From Savitreella phatthalungensis (lineage: Eukaryota): DNA of 64,000 nucleotides. Positions 21,309 to 31,789 of this stretch are shown here, one piece after another (the first letter of the stretch is position 1; the number at the start of each line of letters is the position of its first letter). Where the stretch lies: NCBI GenBank assembly GCA_051599415.1, contig AP039707.1, positions 186,001-250,000 of the forward strand. The letters run 5' to 3'. The notes under the pieces were generated by a model that was given only the letters and a program-made list of their open reading frames with translations, ran no database searches and had not been told where the DNA came from. Position numbers and translations under genes: made by a program.

Positions 21309-22820
21309 ATGAGCAAGCGGAAGCATGACGAGACAGATGAGGAGCGACGCATTAGAAAGGCAGAGAAAAAGGCCAAGAAGGAGGCTAAGCTGGCCAAGAA
21401 GGCACAGGAGGACGGCGGCTCCAATGGTGGCGCCACTCTAAATAAGCTGTCAAAGCCAAAGGCAGCAGCCACAAGCTCTTCATCCACAATGATACCTACG
21501 TCTTTGTCCTCAGCCGGACAAGCATATCTCGACAAGCACCAGATCAAAATTGAAGCGGCAAAACAGCTCGAGCCTTTGACCGCTTTCAGTGCATTGAAAG
21601 TTCATGCTGACATTTCCAAGGCGTTGTCACGGTTCAAAGACCCATCGCCAATTCAGGCTGCGTCATGGCCATATCTTTTGTCCGGACAGGATGCTATTGG
21701 CATCGCTGAGACCGGGTCCGGCAAAACCTTTGCATTCGGCGTCCCTGCTGTGCAGAACATTCTGCAGGCGAGCACAGGTGCAAACGCCCGCAAAGTCATC
21801 TCCGTACTCGTCGTCGCGCCGACGCGAGAACTTGCGCTGCAGACGAACGAGCAGTTGAACATCCTTGGCGAGAGCACCGGCATCAAGTCGGCGTGTATCT
21901 ATGGTGGTGCTTCGAAGGACGGACAACGTAAGGAGCTGAAGAAAGCATGTGTGGTCGTCGGAACTCCCGGTCGAATCAATGACATGATTGACGATGGCTC
22001 GCTGGACCTTTCGAAAGTGCAGTACCTCGTTTTGGACGAGGCAGATCGGATGCTCGACACCGGCTTCGAGCAGGACATTCGCAAGATCATCGGGACAACG
22101 CAAACCGAAGGCAGACAGACATTGATGTTCTCGGCGACTTGGCCAGAAAGCGTCAGGAAGCTAGCCGCAAGCTTCATGCGCAATCCCGTCCGCATCACGA
22201 TCGGCTCCCAGGAGTTGTCTGCCAATGTCCGCGTTTCTCAGTCGGTTGAGGTCGTAGAGCCCCGCGACAAGGAGTTCAAGCTCCAGAGCATCCTAAAGAA
22301 GCACCACTCAGGGAAGAATAGCGAGGACAGGATCTTGATCTTTGCTCTGTACAAGAAAGAGGCAGCACGTGTGGAGAGCAACCTGAGATACAAAGGACAC
22401 AACGTGGTCGGCATTCATGGTGACATGTCACAGGCACAGCGTGAGAGCGCTCTAGCTCAGTTTAAGTCGGGCACTGCACCTCTTCTCGTGGCCACTGATG
22501 TAGCCGCTCGTGGTCTCGATATTCCTAACGTCAAAATGGTCATCAACCTGACCTTCCCGCTCACGATCGAGGACTACATTCACCGAATCGGCCGTACAGG
22601 TCGAGGCGGTCAATCCGGAGCTGCTCTGACCCTATTCACAAAGGAGGACAAGCACCATTCCGGCAGTCTGATAAACGTTCTCAAACAGGCCAATCAACCT
22701 GTCCCAGACGATCTGCTCAAGTTCGGAACGACCACCAAGCCGAAAGTCGACATCTACGGCAGACGGACTGACGTTGATCAGGAGCCGATGAAGGCAGCTA
22801 CGAAGATCACCTTTGACTGA
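21309..22820 (+). CDS. DBP3: DEAD-box RNA helicase Dbp3
   Basis: Lys-rich N-terminus, AETGSGKT, DEAD, RILIFALYKKEAARVE, HRIGRTGR, C-terminal KITFD. Confidence 0.95.
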   Translation: MSKRKHDETDEERRIRKAEKKAKKEAKLAKKAQEDGGSNGGATLNKLSKPKAAATSSSSTMIPTSLSSAGQAYLDKHQIKIEAAKQLEPLTAFSALKVHADISKALSRFKDPSPIQAASWPYLLSGQDAIGIAETGSGKTFAFGVPAVQNILQASTGANARKVISVLVVAPTRELALQTNEQLNILGESTGIKSACIYGGASKDGQRKELKKACVVVGTPGRINDMIDDGSLDLSKVQYLVLDEADRMLDTGFEQDIRKIIGTTQTEGRQTLMFSATWPESVRKLAASFMRNPVRITIGSQELSANVRVSQSVEVVEPRDKEFKLQSILKKHHSGKNSEDRILIFALYKKEAARVESNLRYKGHNVVGIHGDMSQAQRESALAQFKSGTAPLLVATDVAARGLDIPNVKMVINLTFPLTIEDYIHRIGRTGRGGQSGAALTLFTKEDKHHSGSLINVLKQANQPVPDDLLKFGTTTKPKVDIYGRRTDVDQEPMKAATKITFD

Positions 22821-23088
22821 GCGCGCGAACGAGCCACTGTATCCCGTACTTTACTTGTACGTGCTTTGGTTGCGCGACAATGGCTCACTCGTCCGTGCTC
22901 GCTCGATGTAAATACACTCAATACATTTTTAGATTTGCTAGAGTAGATTTCTATGACGTACGGTATACCAGATACCGTTGCCCTTCCCCGCGCTAAATTT
23001 ACCTACAACGATAAGCAGATCCTGAAAGTCGAGGTGGGTGCTTCAAAGGACTGTAATCGCCATCGATAACATCACGGATGACCGGTTG

Positions 23089-24231
23089 ATGGAGCTTCCG
23101 TCGACGCCGAAGAGCGACTGCGATGATCTCGCCCATCACCTGAAGCAGTCTGTGAGATCAACGCCCTTGCCAACGGTCGTGCCACACGCATCAGCCGCGA
23201 CGTTGTCGCCAGCCCTGACGTCAGCGAGCGCGAGCGATCACGATGACGAGCATGACGAGACACCAGCCACGCTGGCAGGATCACTGTCGGACGTATCTCT
23301 GCATCGGCCGATGTGCGGGTTGCGCGCTGGGTTGCTCGATCAGATCGCGAGCGAGCTGCACCGAATACTGCGCGCGCGGGTAGCGTGGTTCCCACTGAGT
23401 GCGCGAGATGTGCGTGCGCATCTACACTACGCGCTTGTGCGAGCGCACGAGCACGAAGGGTTCTACCTTCCCCCGTGGGTGTGCGATGCCCTCCGCCAGC
23501 TCCGTGCACCCACAGACAAGCACCCACAGCCTGAGCTAGGCGATCCAGTAACGCCGCCGCCAAAGGTCGCCATGGCATTGGAGCGGCTGGATGAGGAGTG
23601 TGTGAGGCTGTCATTTGGCTCTCTCGAGTTGTGCCCGGACATGCTGTTATGCGGCGGCAGGGTTTACGCTCAGAGGGAGGTCGGGCCGGAGCGTTTGCGA
23701 TATGCACGCTGGCTTGGGGAACAGGTCGCTAGACGTCCCGATGACACAGAGTTGTTTATGTATGAGCTTCCTATACGCCTGCCCGTCGAGGTCCTCGACC
23801 AGATCGTGCGGCTGAAGCCGACGCCGAGCATTCGGCTTGTGTGTAAAAGGTTTCGCGACGAAGGCGATGCCGCGCTCGCCGCTCTACTTGCGCGCACAAA
23901 GATTCACACTGAGGTGCGCATCTTCAATGGCTACCACTACCTCGAGGATCCACGGATTTTCGATGCGGCGAGGAGTGGATCTGATCCTACAATCGCTAAG
24001 GTATCATCTGCAGATCTTCGTTTGCCGCGGCTGTATGTGTCGTTCGCCACCACGCTCCCGAAACACTTTGCCATCAATCGCGTCACGGACTTTGCAGAGA
24101 TGATGCTAATCGACGAAGAGGCACTCTCCGTCGCCAAAATACCGAACAAGTCCATCGCTTCTCACTTCCTCGTCGGTGAAGATGCACGGTCACTCCTCGT
24201 GCCGGCATACATCATCGCCCGCCTCGCCTGA
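23089..24231 (+). CDS. Hypothetical protein with an internal F-box-like motif
   Basis: Long ORF containing LPVEVLDQIV...IRLVCKRFR. First ATG is at 23089. Confidence 0.55.
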   Translation: MELPSTPKSDCDDLAHHLKQSVRSTPLPTVVPHASAATLSPALTSASASDHDDEHDETPATLAGSLSDVSLHRPMCGLRAGLLDQIASELHRILRARVAWFPLSARDVRAHLHYALVRAHEHEGFYLPPWVCDALRQLRAPTDKHPQPELGDPVTPPPKVAMALERLDEECVRLSFGSLELCPDMLLCGGRVYAQREVGPERLRYARWLGEQVARRPDDTELFMYELPIRLPVEVLDQIVRLKPTPSIRLVCKRFRDEGDAALAALLARTKIHTEVRIFNGYHYLEDPRIFDAARSGSDPTIAKVSSADLRLPRLYVSFATTLPKHFAINRVTDFAEMMLIDEEALSVAKIPNKSIASHFLVGEDARSLLVPAYIIARLA

Positions 24232-24349
24232 CCGTTACTGCGGTCGTCACGAACAAAGCATCTAAGCATCTCATTTCATATATCATATCATCTGTATATC
24301 AACATGAACGATCATCACTCTCATATTGCGCTTTGGCTTAGGATCGTTG

Positions 24350-25693
24350 TCATTTTGGGAAAAGTGCTGCAAGGACGTGGTTAGCAGCACGCTCGCCGGA
24401 GATGTAGGCGCCATGGGCTGTTCCAATCGCGTTTCCGCGCACGTCTGCATGCTCGCCTGCGAACCACATGAAATCGTCGATACACGTGTTAGCAAGGAGC
24501 GTGCAGTCAGCAGGAGTATCGAGCTGGCCTACAGGCGCATGGGAGTATGAGCCTCTTGCGAATGGATCATCCAACCAGTTAGTCATCTCTAGTCCCGTGA
24601 TGGATTCGCCGGAGTATCCTGGCATGCGTTCCAGGTACGGCTGCACAAAGGCCTTCCGCTCTGCGTCTGTCATCTTACGCAGCTTGGCGGCCAGGTCGTC
24701 GGCAGAATACAGGAGCAATCCTGATCTTACTGGAATCAGGTCGATCAACGGGTCTTGACAGAAGCTGAAAATGTCGCTGTCGAGCGGATAACGTGATACC
24801 TGTGCTTGCGGAGCGCCGGACTCCCAGAATCTTCGAGAGACCTGGATGAACATCTTCTCAGCCGTGCCAAAGCCTATTCTCTCGATGGCGCCACGCACAG
24901 CCTCCGGGGCATCGAACTCAATACTTCCATGCTTAAGCACGCCCAGAGGCACAGCAAGGATGACAGCATCGCAGAGAACCGTGCCCGCTGCGTTATCGGC
25001 GACGTTGTGATAATGCACGGCACCGCGCTCGATCTTGTGCACGACGCAATTATGCTGCACTTGAGTGTCAGCTGCAACTGCCTCGAGGATTCGCGAGTAG
25101 CCATTCCAGACGAGTGGTTCGTCGCCAGGCCATTTTTCCTCGACGATATAGTTGCGGAGGCTCTGCTTCGAGATGTCAGTCGCCGTGATACTGGTGTAGA
25201 AGTTGATCAGGCGGTGCGCCAGGCGCTTCTCGAGTGTCGACAGCTTCTCGTTGGCGTCAATCTGATTGCGACAAAAAGAACCAAAATCCGCATCCTTGTC
25301 AATTGTATCGTGCTGCTCACGCGACAGCTCGACAGCCTGTGCGCTAAGCCCAAGGACGAATTCCATGACATGTGTAGACTCCTTGGCTCGCAGCCACCGC
25401 TTCTGTTCGGGATCATACAGCGCAGCAGCCTGAGTTTCACGCAAGTCTGCGTCTACACGCTCCGCGATTGGGGTCAGTGGGTTGTCCTCTGTGCCGTGAA
25501 TCCAGCTCGCGCCGTGGTCACTGCCGGTGGAGGGACATGTGTAGATCCGCCCACCGACTCGATCTCGTGCTTCAAGGACGACGATGCGCATCATCTCACG
25601 CAATTTTGAAGCGATGACTCGAGCGCGCAGAACGGCCGCAGCACGCAGACCGGCCATGCCAGCGCCTACAATGACCACTGTCCTGACCTGCAT
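24350..25693 (-). CDS. Flavin-containing amine oxidase (polyamine oxidase/FMS1-like)
   Basis: VIVGAGMAGL, VLEARDRVGGRI, GASWIHG, AVPLGVLK, WLDDPFARGSYS, FAGEH, GTAHGAYISGERAA. Confidence 0.9.
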   Translation of the reverse strand: MQVRTVVIVGAGMAGLRAAAVLRARVIASKLREMMRIVVLEARDRVGGRIYTCPSTGSDHGASWIHGTEDNPLTPIAERVDADLRETQAAALYDPEQKRWLRAKESTHVMEFVLGLSAQAVELSREQHDTIDKDADFGSFCRNQIDANEKLSTLEKRLAHRLINFYTSITATDISKQSLRNYIVEEKWPGDEPLVWNGYSRILEAVAADTQVQHNCVVHKIERGAVHYHNVADNAAGTVLCDAVILAVPLGVLKHGSIEFDAPEAVRGAIERIGFGTAEKMFIQVSRRFWESGAPQAQVSRYPLDSDIFSFCQDPLIDLIPVRSGLLLYSADDLAAKLRKMTDAERKAFVQPYLERMPGYSGESITGLEMTNWLDDPFARGSYSHAPVGQLDTPADCTLLANTCIDDFMWFAGEHADVRGNAIGTAHGAYISGERAANHVLAALFPK

Positions 25694-25717
25694 TGCTGCT
25701 GCTGCTGCTGCTGCTGC
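25694..25717. repeat. (GCA)8 microsatellite immediately 5' of the amine oxidase ATG
   Basis: tgctgctgctgctgctgctgctgc on the + strand abuts the CAT at 25691-25693. Confidence 0.9.
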
Positions 25718-26384
25718 TCAAGGACTTTGACAGCTCGTGATAAGAATCGACTCTGCAGTTTTTGGTCCTCAGTAAGAGCGATCCTAGGCCGTTATTAGGA
25801 AGACAAGAATAGCATCGTTGATCGAGTACAAGCGAGAGTGCGTACGAACAAGGTGGTGTAGATGGTCGGTGACGTATAGCCTGGCGGTGTGCATCCATCA
25901 GTTGTGTACTGTGGCTGCACGTGAGTTTACTTGGCGCCCACTCTACGCTGCATCCATGATCATTCGATCACGTTTGAGGTGAATTCGTGAATCCTGTCAA
26001 CTGGTTCCTCCGATATTCGCCGCTATGCACAGATGCATCCATACACATATGCATACTCTCAACTCTATTCTCACTCATCAAAGCCATATTGATACAGTGC
26101 ATGACAAGTGTCGTGACGCACAAAAGGTGTACTTCCATCCTCTAGTCGCCAGGCGTCTGCAGAGTTCGCTCGAACTCCTGATTTGTCGCGCCAAATCTTC
26201 GACGCTTTCCCGTCTGGAGGCCCCGAAGCTAAGCTCTTTGCTCAATTTCCTGTCGCTTCACGTCAAACCCCGATTCCAGCGCAATGTATCGGTGAGACCA
26301 GAGTAGAGGACGAATCCTGAAGCGAAAGCCGACTTGCAAACGCTCGCAAGTTATCGGACCGCTTGATTCCCTGACTGCACCCGA

Positions 26385-27395
26385 ATGCCAGATTCTGCAG
26401 CAACAACAAAAACAATGTCAACCCAGACGGCAAGTACCGCATCGAAGGCATCTTCGACCGGCGGTGCAGCTGCGGCTGGCTACGCTGTCGCTGCTGGCAA
26501 TGGTCTCAGCAAATTGGTCCATTCTGCCTTCTTCACAAATTTCATTGCTGGCGGCATGGCAGGTTGTGTGTCTCGGACGGTGGTGTCACCACTCGAGCGC
26601 ATGAAAATTATCTTCCAGATCCAGACACCAGGTTCCCACAACTATAATGGCGTGTGGGCCACGCTAGTAAAGATGTGGAAGGAGGAAGGATGGCGCGGGT
26701 ACATGAGAGGGAACGGCTCAAATTGTCTTCGAATCTTTCCCTATAGTGCCATTCAGTTTGCGTCATATAACGTCTACCGCCCATTCTTCTTGGCAGAGGG
26801 CGAAACAGAGCTAACGGTCGGAATGAGACTGATAGCGGGTGGCATTGCTGGAATCACTTCAGTCGCAATGACGTATCCGCTCGACATCACCCGGACACGG
26901 CTATCACTCCAGTGCGCAGACCTGTCCATCTCCCGCACAGAGACACCTGGTATGTGGGGAACGATGAAGGACATCTTCAAGAACGAAGGTGGATTTATGG
27001 GACTATATCGCGGCATCATGCCTACGATATACGGCGTCGCCCCGTATGTTGGCCTCAACTTTGCAGTTTACGAGTCTGTGCGGAAGCGTTTCTCCACCTA
27101 TGAAGGAGGAGAGCCAACAGCGATGGAGAAGCTAGCCGCTGGTGCGATTTCTGGTGCCGTGGCACAGAGCCTGACCTATCCATTCGACGTCCTGAGGAGA
27201 CGATTCCAGGTGAACACGATGATGGGCAATCCTTACTCGAGTACATGGCACGCCTGCAAAGTCATCTTTGCAAGAGAAGGTATCAGAGGATTCTACCAGG
27301 GACTGGCTGCCAACCTGCTGAAGGTGATACCGAGCATGTCTTCGTCTTGGCTGACATTTGAGATGACTCGATCATATATGACCAAGTATCTTTGA
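26385..27395 (+). CDS. Mitochondrial carrier (SLC25A42/YPR011C-like)
   Basis: Three Px[D/E]xx[K/R] repeats (PLERMK, PLDITR, PFDVLRRR), plus GNGSNCLRIFPYSAIQF and GVAPYVGLNFAVYE. Confidence 0.92.
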   Translation: MPDSAATTKTMSTQTASTASKASSTGGAAAAGYAVAAGNGLSKLVHSAFFTNFIAGGMAGCVSRTVVSPLERMKIIFQIQTPGSHNYNGVWATLVKMWKEEGWRGYMRGNGSNCLRIFPYSAIQFASYNVYRPFFLAEGETELTVGMRLIAGGIAGITSVAMTYPLDITRTRLSLQCADLSISRTETPGMWGTMKDIFKNEGGFMGLYRGIMPTIYGVAPYVGLNFAVYESVRKRFSTYEGGEPTAMEKLAAGAISGAVAQSLTYPFDVLRRRFQVNTMMGNPYSSTWHACKVIFAREGIRGFYQGLAANLLKVIPSMSSSWLTFEMTRSYMTKYL

Positions 27396-28378
27396 CAGAC
27401 GCTTGGTCGAGGCGGAGATTGGCACGCTCGCTTGAAGGGGAGCTAAAGAGAGCATACGTAACTACAAGTAGCAGTAGTAGAACGCAAGGACACGAGTGAT
27501 GACTTATAAGGGGGAGGACGAGCAAGGATTTCCGCCTCGTGTTTCTGTATATTGATCAATGTCCAGCAGAAGTGGTACAGGTCGTTGGTACCAGGATGTG
27601 TGCACTTATATTGACAGATCATGCCAGCAGGAAGTTTGAAGGTACGGACAGAATCACAAGTGAGCTGGCAAGTTGCCCTTTGGACATCATCATCATCAAG
27701 CCGCCAAACAGTAGTTGGCGTCCAAAACTCACCTCGAGATCAATAGCAGCATAAATCGACTTGGGTGCATCTGACGAGTCGAACACAGAACAGCGTGATT
27801 GATCAATCTGACATGTCAAATAATATATGTACAGAGTACAAAGAAATTGCTGACCCGTGGCTGATAGATACGCAGGCTGATTCTACCACCTGTTCTGAAG
27901 ATGTCTCTGAAGATGTGTTCAATGCACGTTTATGTTGATTGACGTCGGAGAGATTCAATGAGAGACAAAAAAGCGATCAGTAAGTCCGAGTGTGTGAGAA
28001 AATTTTCAGAGGTTACAAGAATTTGATTCCTGTGGGTTACCATAAATTGAAGAGAATAATTGTGGCTGGAATTGCCCATAATTCTGCTGTAATTCGATCC
28101 TGCTTCAGACCTTGATTTACCAATAGATAAGTCAATCAGGGATATGTGGACGAATTGAAGGGTCATTGATTTCTATCACTAATACTTACTATAGTAGGTA
28201 CCTGTTTCATAGTGGTTGCTCAAATTTTACTATTGCACTCTCACACTTGGTCCCTTTCTCTCTTCTCTCTCTCTCTTCCTCACAGCCTCTCTCACTAACA
28301 CACTTACCCGTAGAGACGTAGGGAAGCAGGGCAAGCGAGTCAGTTAGTCAGTTTGACTAGTCGATCACTCACCAACTT

Positions 28379-28398
28379 ACTCACTCACTCACTCACTC
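28379..28398. repeat. (ACTC)n microsatellite in the CT/CA-rich region upstream of RPL18
   Basis: actcactcactcactcactc. Confidence 0.8.
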
Positions 28399-28670
28399 TC
28401 TCAGTCGAGTTAGCACTGCACTGCAACCGAGCACGCACGCACACACTCAGCCAGCCAGGCAGCCAAACCACAGCGGCAGGTTACGCTCGCCAACCCTCTG
28501 GCTGTGTCTCTCTCTCTCACTCTCTGAGGATTGTATAGTCCAGTCCAGGCGCGCTCTCTCCAACGTACTGCAGTCTACTAGTCCTCTACCTTCGCCTTCC
28601 GCTCGTTCATTCCCACAAGAAGAAGCGTATCCACTACACAAGCTGTTCATACACTCGCGACAAATCAACC

Positions 28671-29240
28671 ATGGGTATCGACCTCGACAGACACCACGTC
28701 CGCAAGGGCGCACGGCAGGCACCAAAGTCGGACAACGTCTACCTGAAGTTGCTCGTCAAGCTGTACCGTTTCCTCGCCCGCAGGACTGACTCCAAGTTCA
28801 ACAAGGTCATCCTCCGCCGGCTGTTCATGTCCAAGGTGAACAAGCCACCTGTGTCCGTGTCAAAGCTGGTCCAGCACCTGTCTGACCCGAAGGACAGCTC
28901 GAAGGTCGAGCGGACCGTCTGCGTCGTCGGCACCATCACCGACGACAACCGTCTGCTCAACCTGCCGAAGCTCTCGGTCGCTGCCCTCCGTTTCACAACC
29001 TCTGCCCGCGCACGTATCCTCAAGGCCGGCGGTGAGTGCCTGACCCTTGACGAGCTCGCCCTCAGACACCCTACCGGCTCGAACGTCGTCCTTCTCCGCG
29101 GCAAGAAGAACAGCCGTGAGGCAGTTCGTCACTTCGGCATGGGACCTGGAAAGCACGCAGCTCCTTACGTTCTTTCCAAGGGACGCAAGTTCGAGCGTGC
29201 TCGTGGACGTCGTGCTTCCCGTGGTTTCAAGACCAAGTAA
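28671..29240 (+). CDS. RPL18: 60S ribosomal protein L18 (eL18), intronless CDS
   Basis: [45 protein letters not shown]. Confidence 0.98.
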   Translation: MGIDLDRHHVRKGARQAPKSDNVYLKLLVKLYRFLARRTDSKFNKVILRRLFMSKVNKPPVSVSKLVQHLSDPKDSSKVERTVCVVGTITDDNRLLNLPKLSVAALRFTTSARARILKAGGECLTLDELALRHPTGSNVVLLRGKKNSREAVRHFGMGPGKHAAPYVLSKGRKFERARGRRASRGFKTK

Positions 29241-29586
29241 AAAATCACACAAGAGATCCAAGCCCACGCTCGGAGTCAAAGACTCACTACCAACCTGCGT
29301 CCTTCTCCAAAGTGGCAAGAGCGACGAACAACACGACGAACTCGACACCCTCTCCATCTCTGTCCTTTTCACACACAACTTTCCTCGCAAGTGCGTCGAG
29401 CGACAATTGCACTTCGCACATAGCATCACCTCAATACACAATCATGTTGACGATAAAAATTTCTTACAAAGATCCTTGCTCCAGCGTGCGTGTACATATG
29501 TGTGTGTATTTGGTGCTATGCCATTTTGCTTTCATTGCTCATCAACGAGACTGTTTTGTCCAGTCGTCCTTCTACATAGACTGACG

Positions 29587-31215
29587 TTACCTGTCGCGCC
29601 GTGAGATCAGCTTGTTGCGCCCGATGTTGTGAGCGAATCGCGGGTCTGGCTGGCGTGGACGTCCGGCAGGTTTGCCGTCTCTGTCGTCTTCGCCGGTGCC
29701 GTTGCCGTTGCTGACGACCGGTGGTGAAGCAGATCCTGTAGGGAAGTTGCCGTTGGCGGAAGGTGGCGGGATGAACGGCATGGGCGGAGGGAAGCCCGGC
29801 ATAATCGGCGGCATCATCATCATTGGCGGCATCATGCCGAGCATGGCAGCCGGCGGCATCATCATCGGCATGTCGCCTGGCATGCTCGGTGGTGGAGGAA
29901 TCTCGCTGTTGCCAGACGCTTGCGCCATCGCGGCCATCTGCTGGAAGAGCATCATCTGCTGCATCATCTGCTCAGGCGTCGTTCCAGCCTCCTTGGCTGC
30001 GGCAGCCATGATGTCCTCGGGACTCTGCTCCTCTTCCTCCTCATCATCCTTCCTCTCTTCCTCCTCGTCTTCCTCATCACGCCCACGTTTTGTGCCGCGA
30101 TACTCGTTGTCGTATTTCTCCACCTTCTCGCGGATCTCTGTGGCCGGCACGAGCCTGTCGAGCAGGATGTCCTTCGTCTTGCAAAACGGACATACGAAAT
30201 CCGATTCGAGCAGAGCAGCTTGGAGACACTCGTCGCACGCCATCTTGTCGCAGCAAGGTACCTTGACAGCATCCTTGGCGACCTTACCACAGATCGAGCA
30301 AGCGATGTCTTCGAATCCTTCGGGCAACGCCGCCTTCTCTTGCTCGCGCCTCGCGAGCGCGGACTGCTCTGCCGAGCGCTGATATGTCTCCCACGACGCA
30401 GCGTCCGGCACAAACACCACAGATTCACCTTCGGCCGTGACCATCACGCCGTTCCCGGCATCCTCCACAGGCTTGCCATCAGGCCCCACGGCGACCGTCC
30501 CGTCTACAGACACACCTGCGGTGTCTGCGTCGATCTTCTGGAGCTGGCTTCGCGGGATGCCTGTAGTCCGTTTGACGCGCTTGCGGTTGTCAAAGTTCTC
30601 ATCGCCGTTCGTCGGACAAGCTTGGATCCAGTGTCCTTTCTCGCCGCACCGGTAGCAAATGTAGCCAAGCGGCGGCGGTCGATCAGGCACAGGTCCAGTA
30701 GGCCGGGTCTGACCGGTTCGGAAGACCGGCCTGGCAGCGGCCATTTTATCCTGGGTCATCGCCCAGTCTGCCGACGTCGCTGCCAGCATTGCACGGATCG
30801 CTGCATCCTCCGACGAGCCTGCAACCGGAGGCGGCGGTGGCGGAAGACCGAGTGCCGATGGCGCTGCGGATGGTGCGCCGCCTGTCGGACCGTCTCTCTC
30901 GCGCCGTGCAGAAATCTGGACCGGGTTGCCAGTGACGTAACGAGCTGCACTGCCCCTGCCTGGACCTCTTGCTGGAGGTCTGCGAGAGACGATCACACTC
31001 GTGCCACGAGGCACCACCTCTGCATCATCGTCGTACGTCTGCTTCGTGTCTGCATTGGCCACGTGCAAGTCAAAGTCCTGCCCGTTCCCGAGCTTCTCAA
31101 GGTTGATGATATCGCGCTTGAGATCAAACACGGCGAGACCTTGCGACGATCCATCAAAGACAATCTTCGAGTAGTCCTTTTGCGACTTGAAGCGGTAGAA
31201 GACGGACGAGGCCAT
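29587..31215 (-). CDS. MPE1: Cleavage/polyadenylation factor Mpe1 (RBBP6): DWNN, zinc knuckle and RING
   Basis: MASSVFYRFKSQK (DWNN), YICYRCGEKGHWIQACPTN, KRTTGIPRS, and the RING CSIC...PCC...CDEC...CPFC. Confidence 0.93.
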   Translation of the reverse strand: MASSVFYRFKSQKDYSKIVFDGSSQGLAVFDLKRDIINLEKLGNGQDFDLHVANADTKQTYDDDAEVVPRGTSVIVSRRPPARGPGRGSAARYVTGNPVQISARRERDGPTGGAPSAAPSALGLPPPPPPVAGSSEDAAIRAMLAATSADWAMTQDKMAAARPVFRTGQTRPTGPVPDRPPPLGYICYRCGEKGHWIQACPTNGDENFDNRKRVKRTTGIPRSQLQKIDADTAGVSVDGTVAVGPDGKPVEDAGNGVMVTAEGESVVFVPDAASWETYQRSAEQSALARREQEKAALPEGFEDIACSICGKVAKDAVKVPCCDKMACDECLQAALLESDFVCPFCKTKDILLDRLVPATEIREKVEKYDNEYRGTKRGRDEEDEEEERKDDEEEEEQSPEDIMAAAAKEAGTTPEQMMQQMMLFQQMAAMAQASGNSEIPPPPSMPGDMPMMMPPAAMLGMMPPMMMMPPIMPGFPPPMPFIPPPSANGNFPTGSASPPVVSNGNGTGEDDRDGKPAGRPRQPDPRFAHNIGRNKLISRRDR

Positions 31216-31789
31216 CTTCACGAGATGGAAAGCGAAAGCGAAAGCGAAAGGACGCAGGCGAACAGGAACGAGAGCAAAAACAATTTAGTGATTCGTATAA
31301 GGGGACTGTGATCTCGAAAAGTATGCGAGTATGGAATACAACACTCTTGCGATAAATTCACGCAGAGCCGAACAGAAGTCAAGTGTCGTACGACAGAACG
31401 AGCGTCGTGTGGCCGGGATTGTGATGTGCCGGTGTGTGTCTTCTTCAAAGGATTTCCTGTCCAGATTCCGATCAGATTTACGTCTAAATTGATACGCTGC
31501 GGGATTGTTGAAGTATTTCTTAGATCAAATTTGCTGGTGTGGCGTGTTCTCGAGTGAGCCTGAGTGAGCCTGCAAGATGCGTCTTGAAAAGATGCGCGAT
31601 CGATAAAAGCAACTGCATAGAAAAGGAGAGAGGGAGAGAGAGGTCGAGGACAGACTGGCGTTCATCTGCTGGCTTGCCTTGGAACTTATATAGACGACAT
31701 GACGGGAAAATCATAGTGAATTATCATCGTAAGCTAAGCGTAGTGCTACGGGGAAGAGTCGAACGCGCCCTGATAGGCAGGTTGTTCAA

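Noticed and set aside
24338..24352. TGA-CAA leaky stop context of the amine oxidase as a cryptic peroxisomal readthrough
   Set aside because: The extension would be X-Q-R-S-stop, which is not a PTS1.
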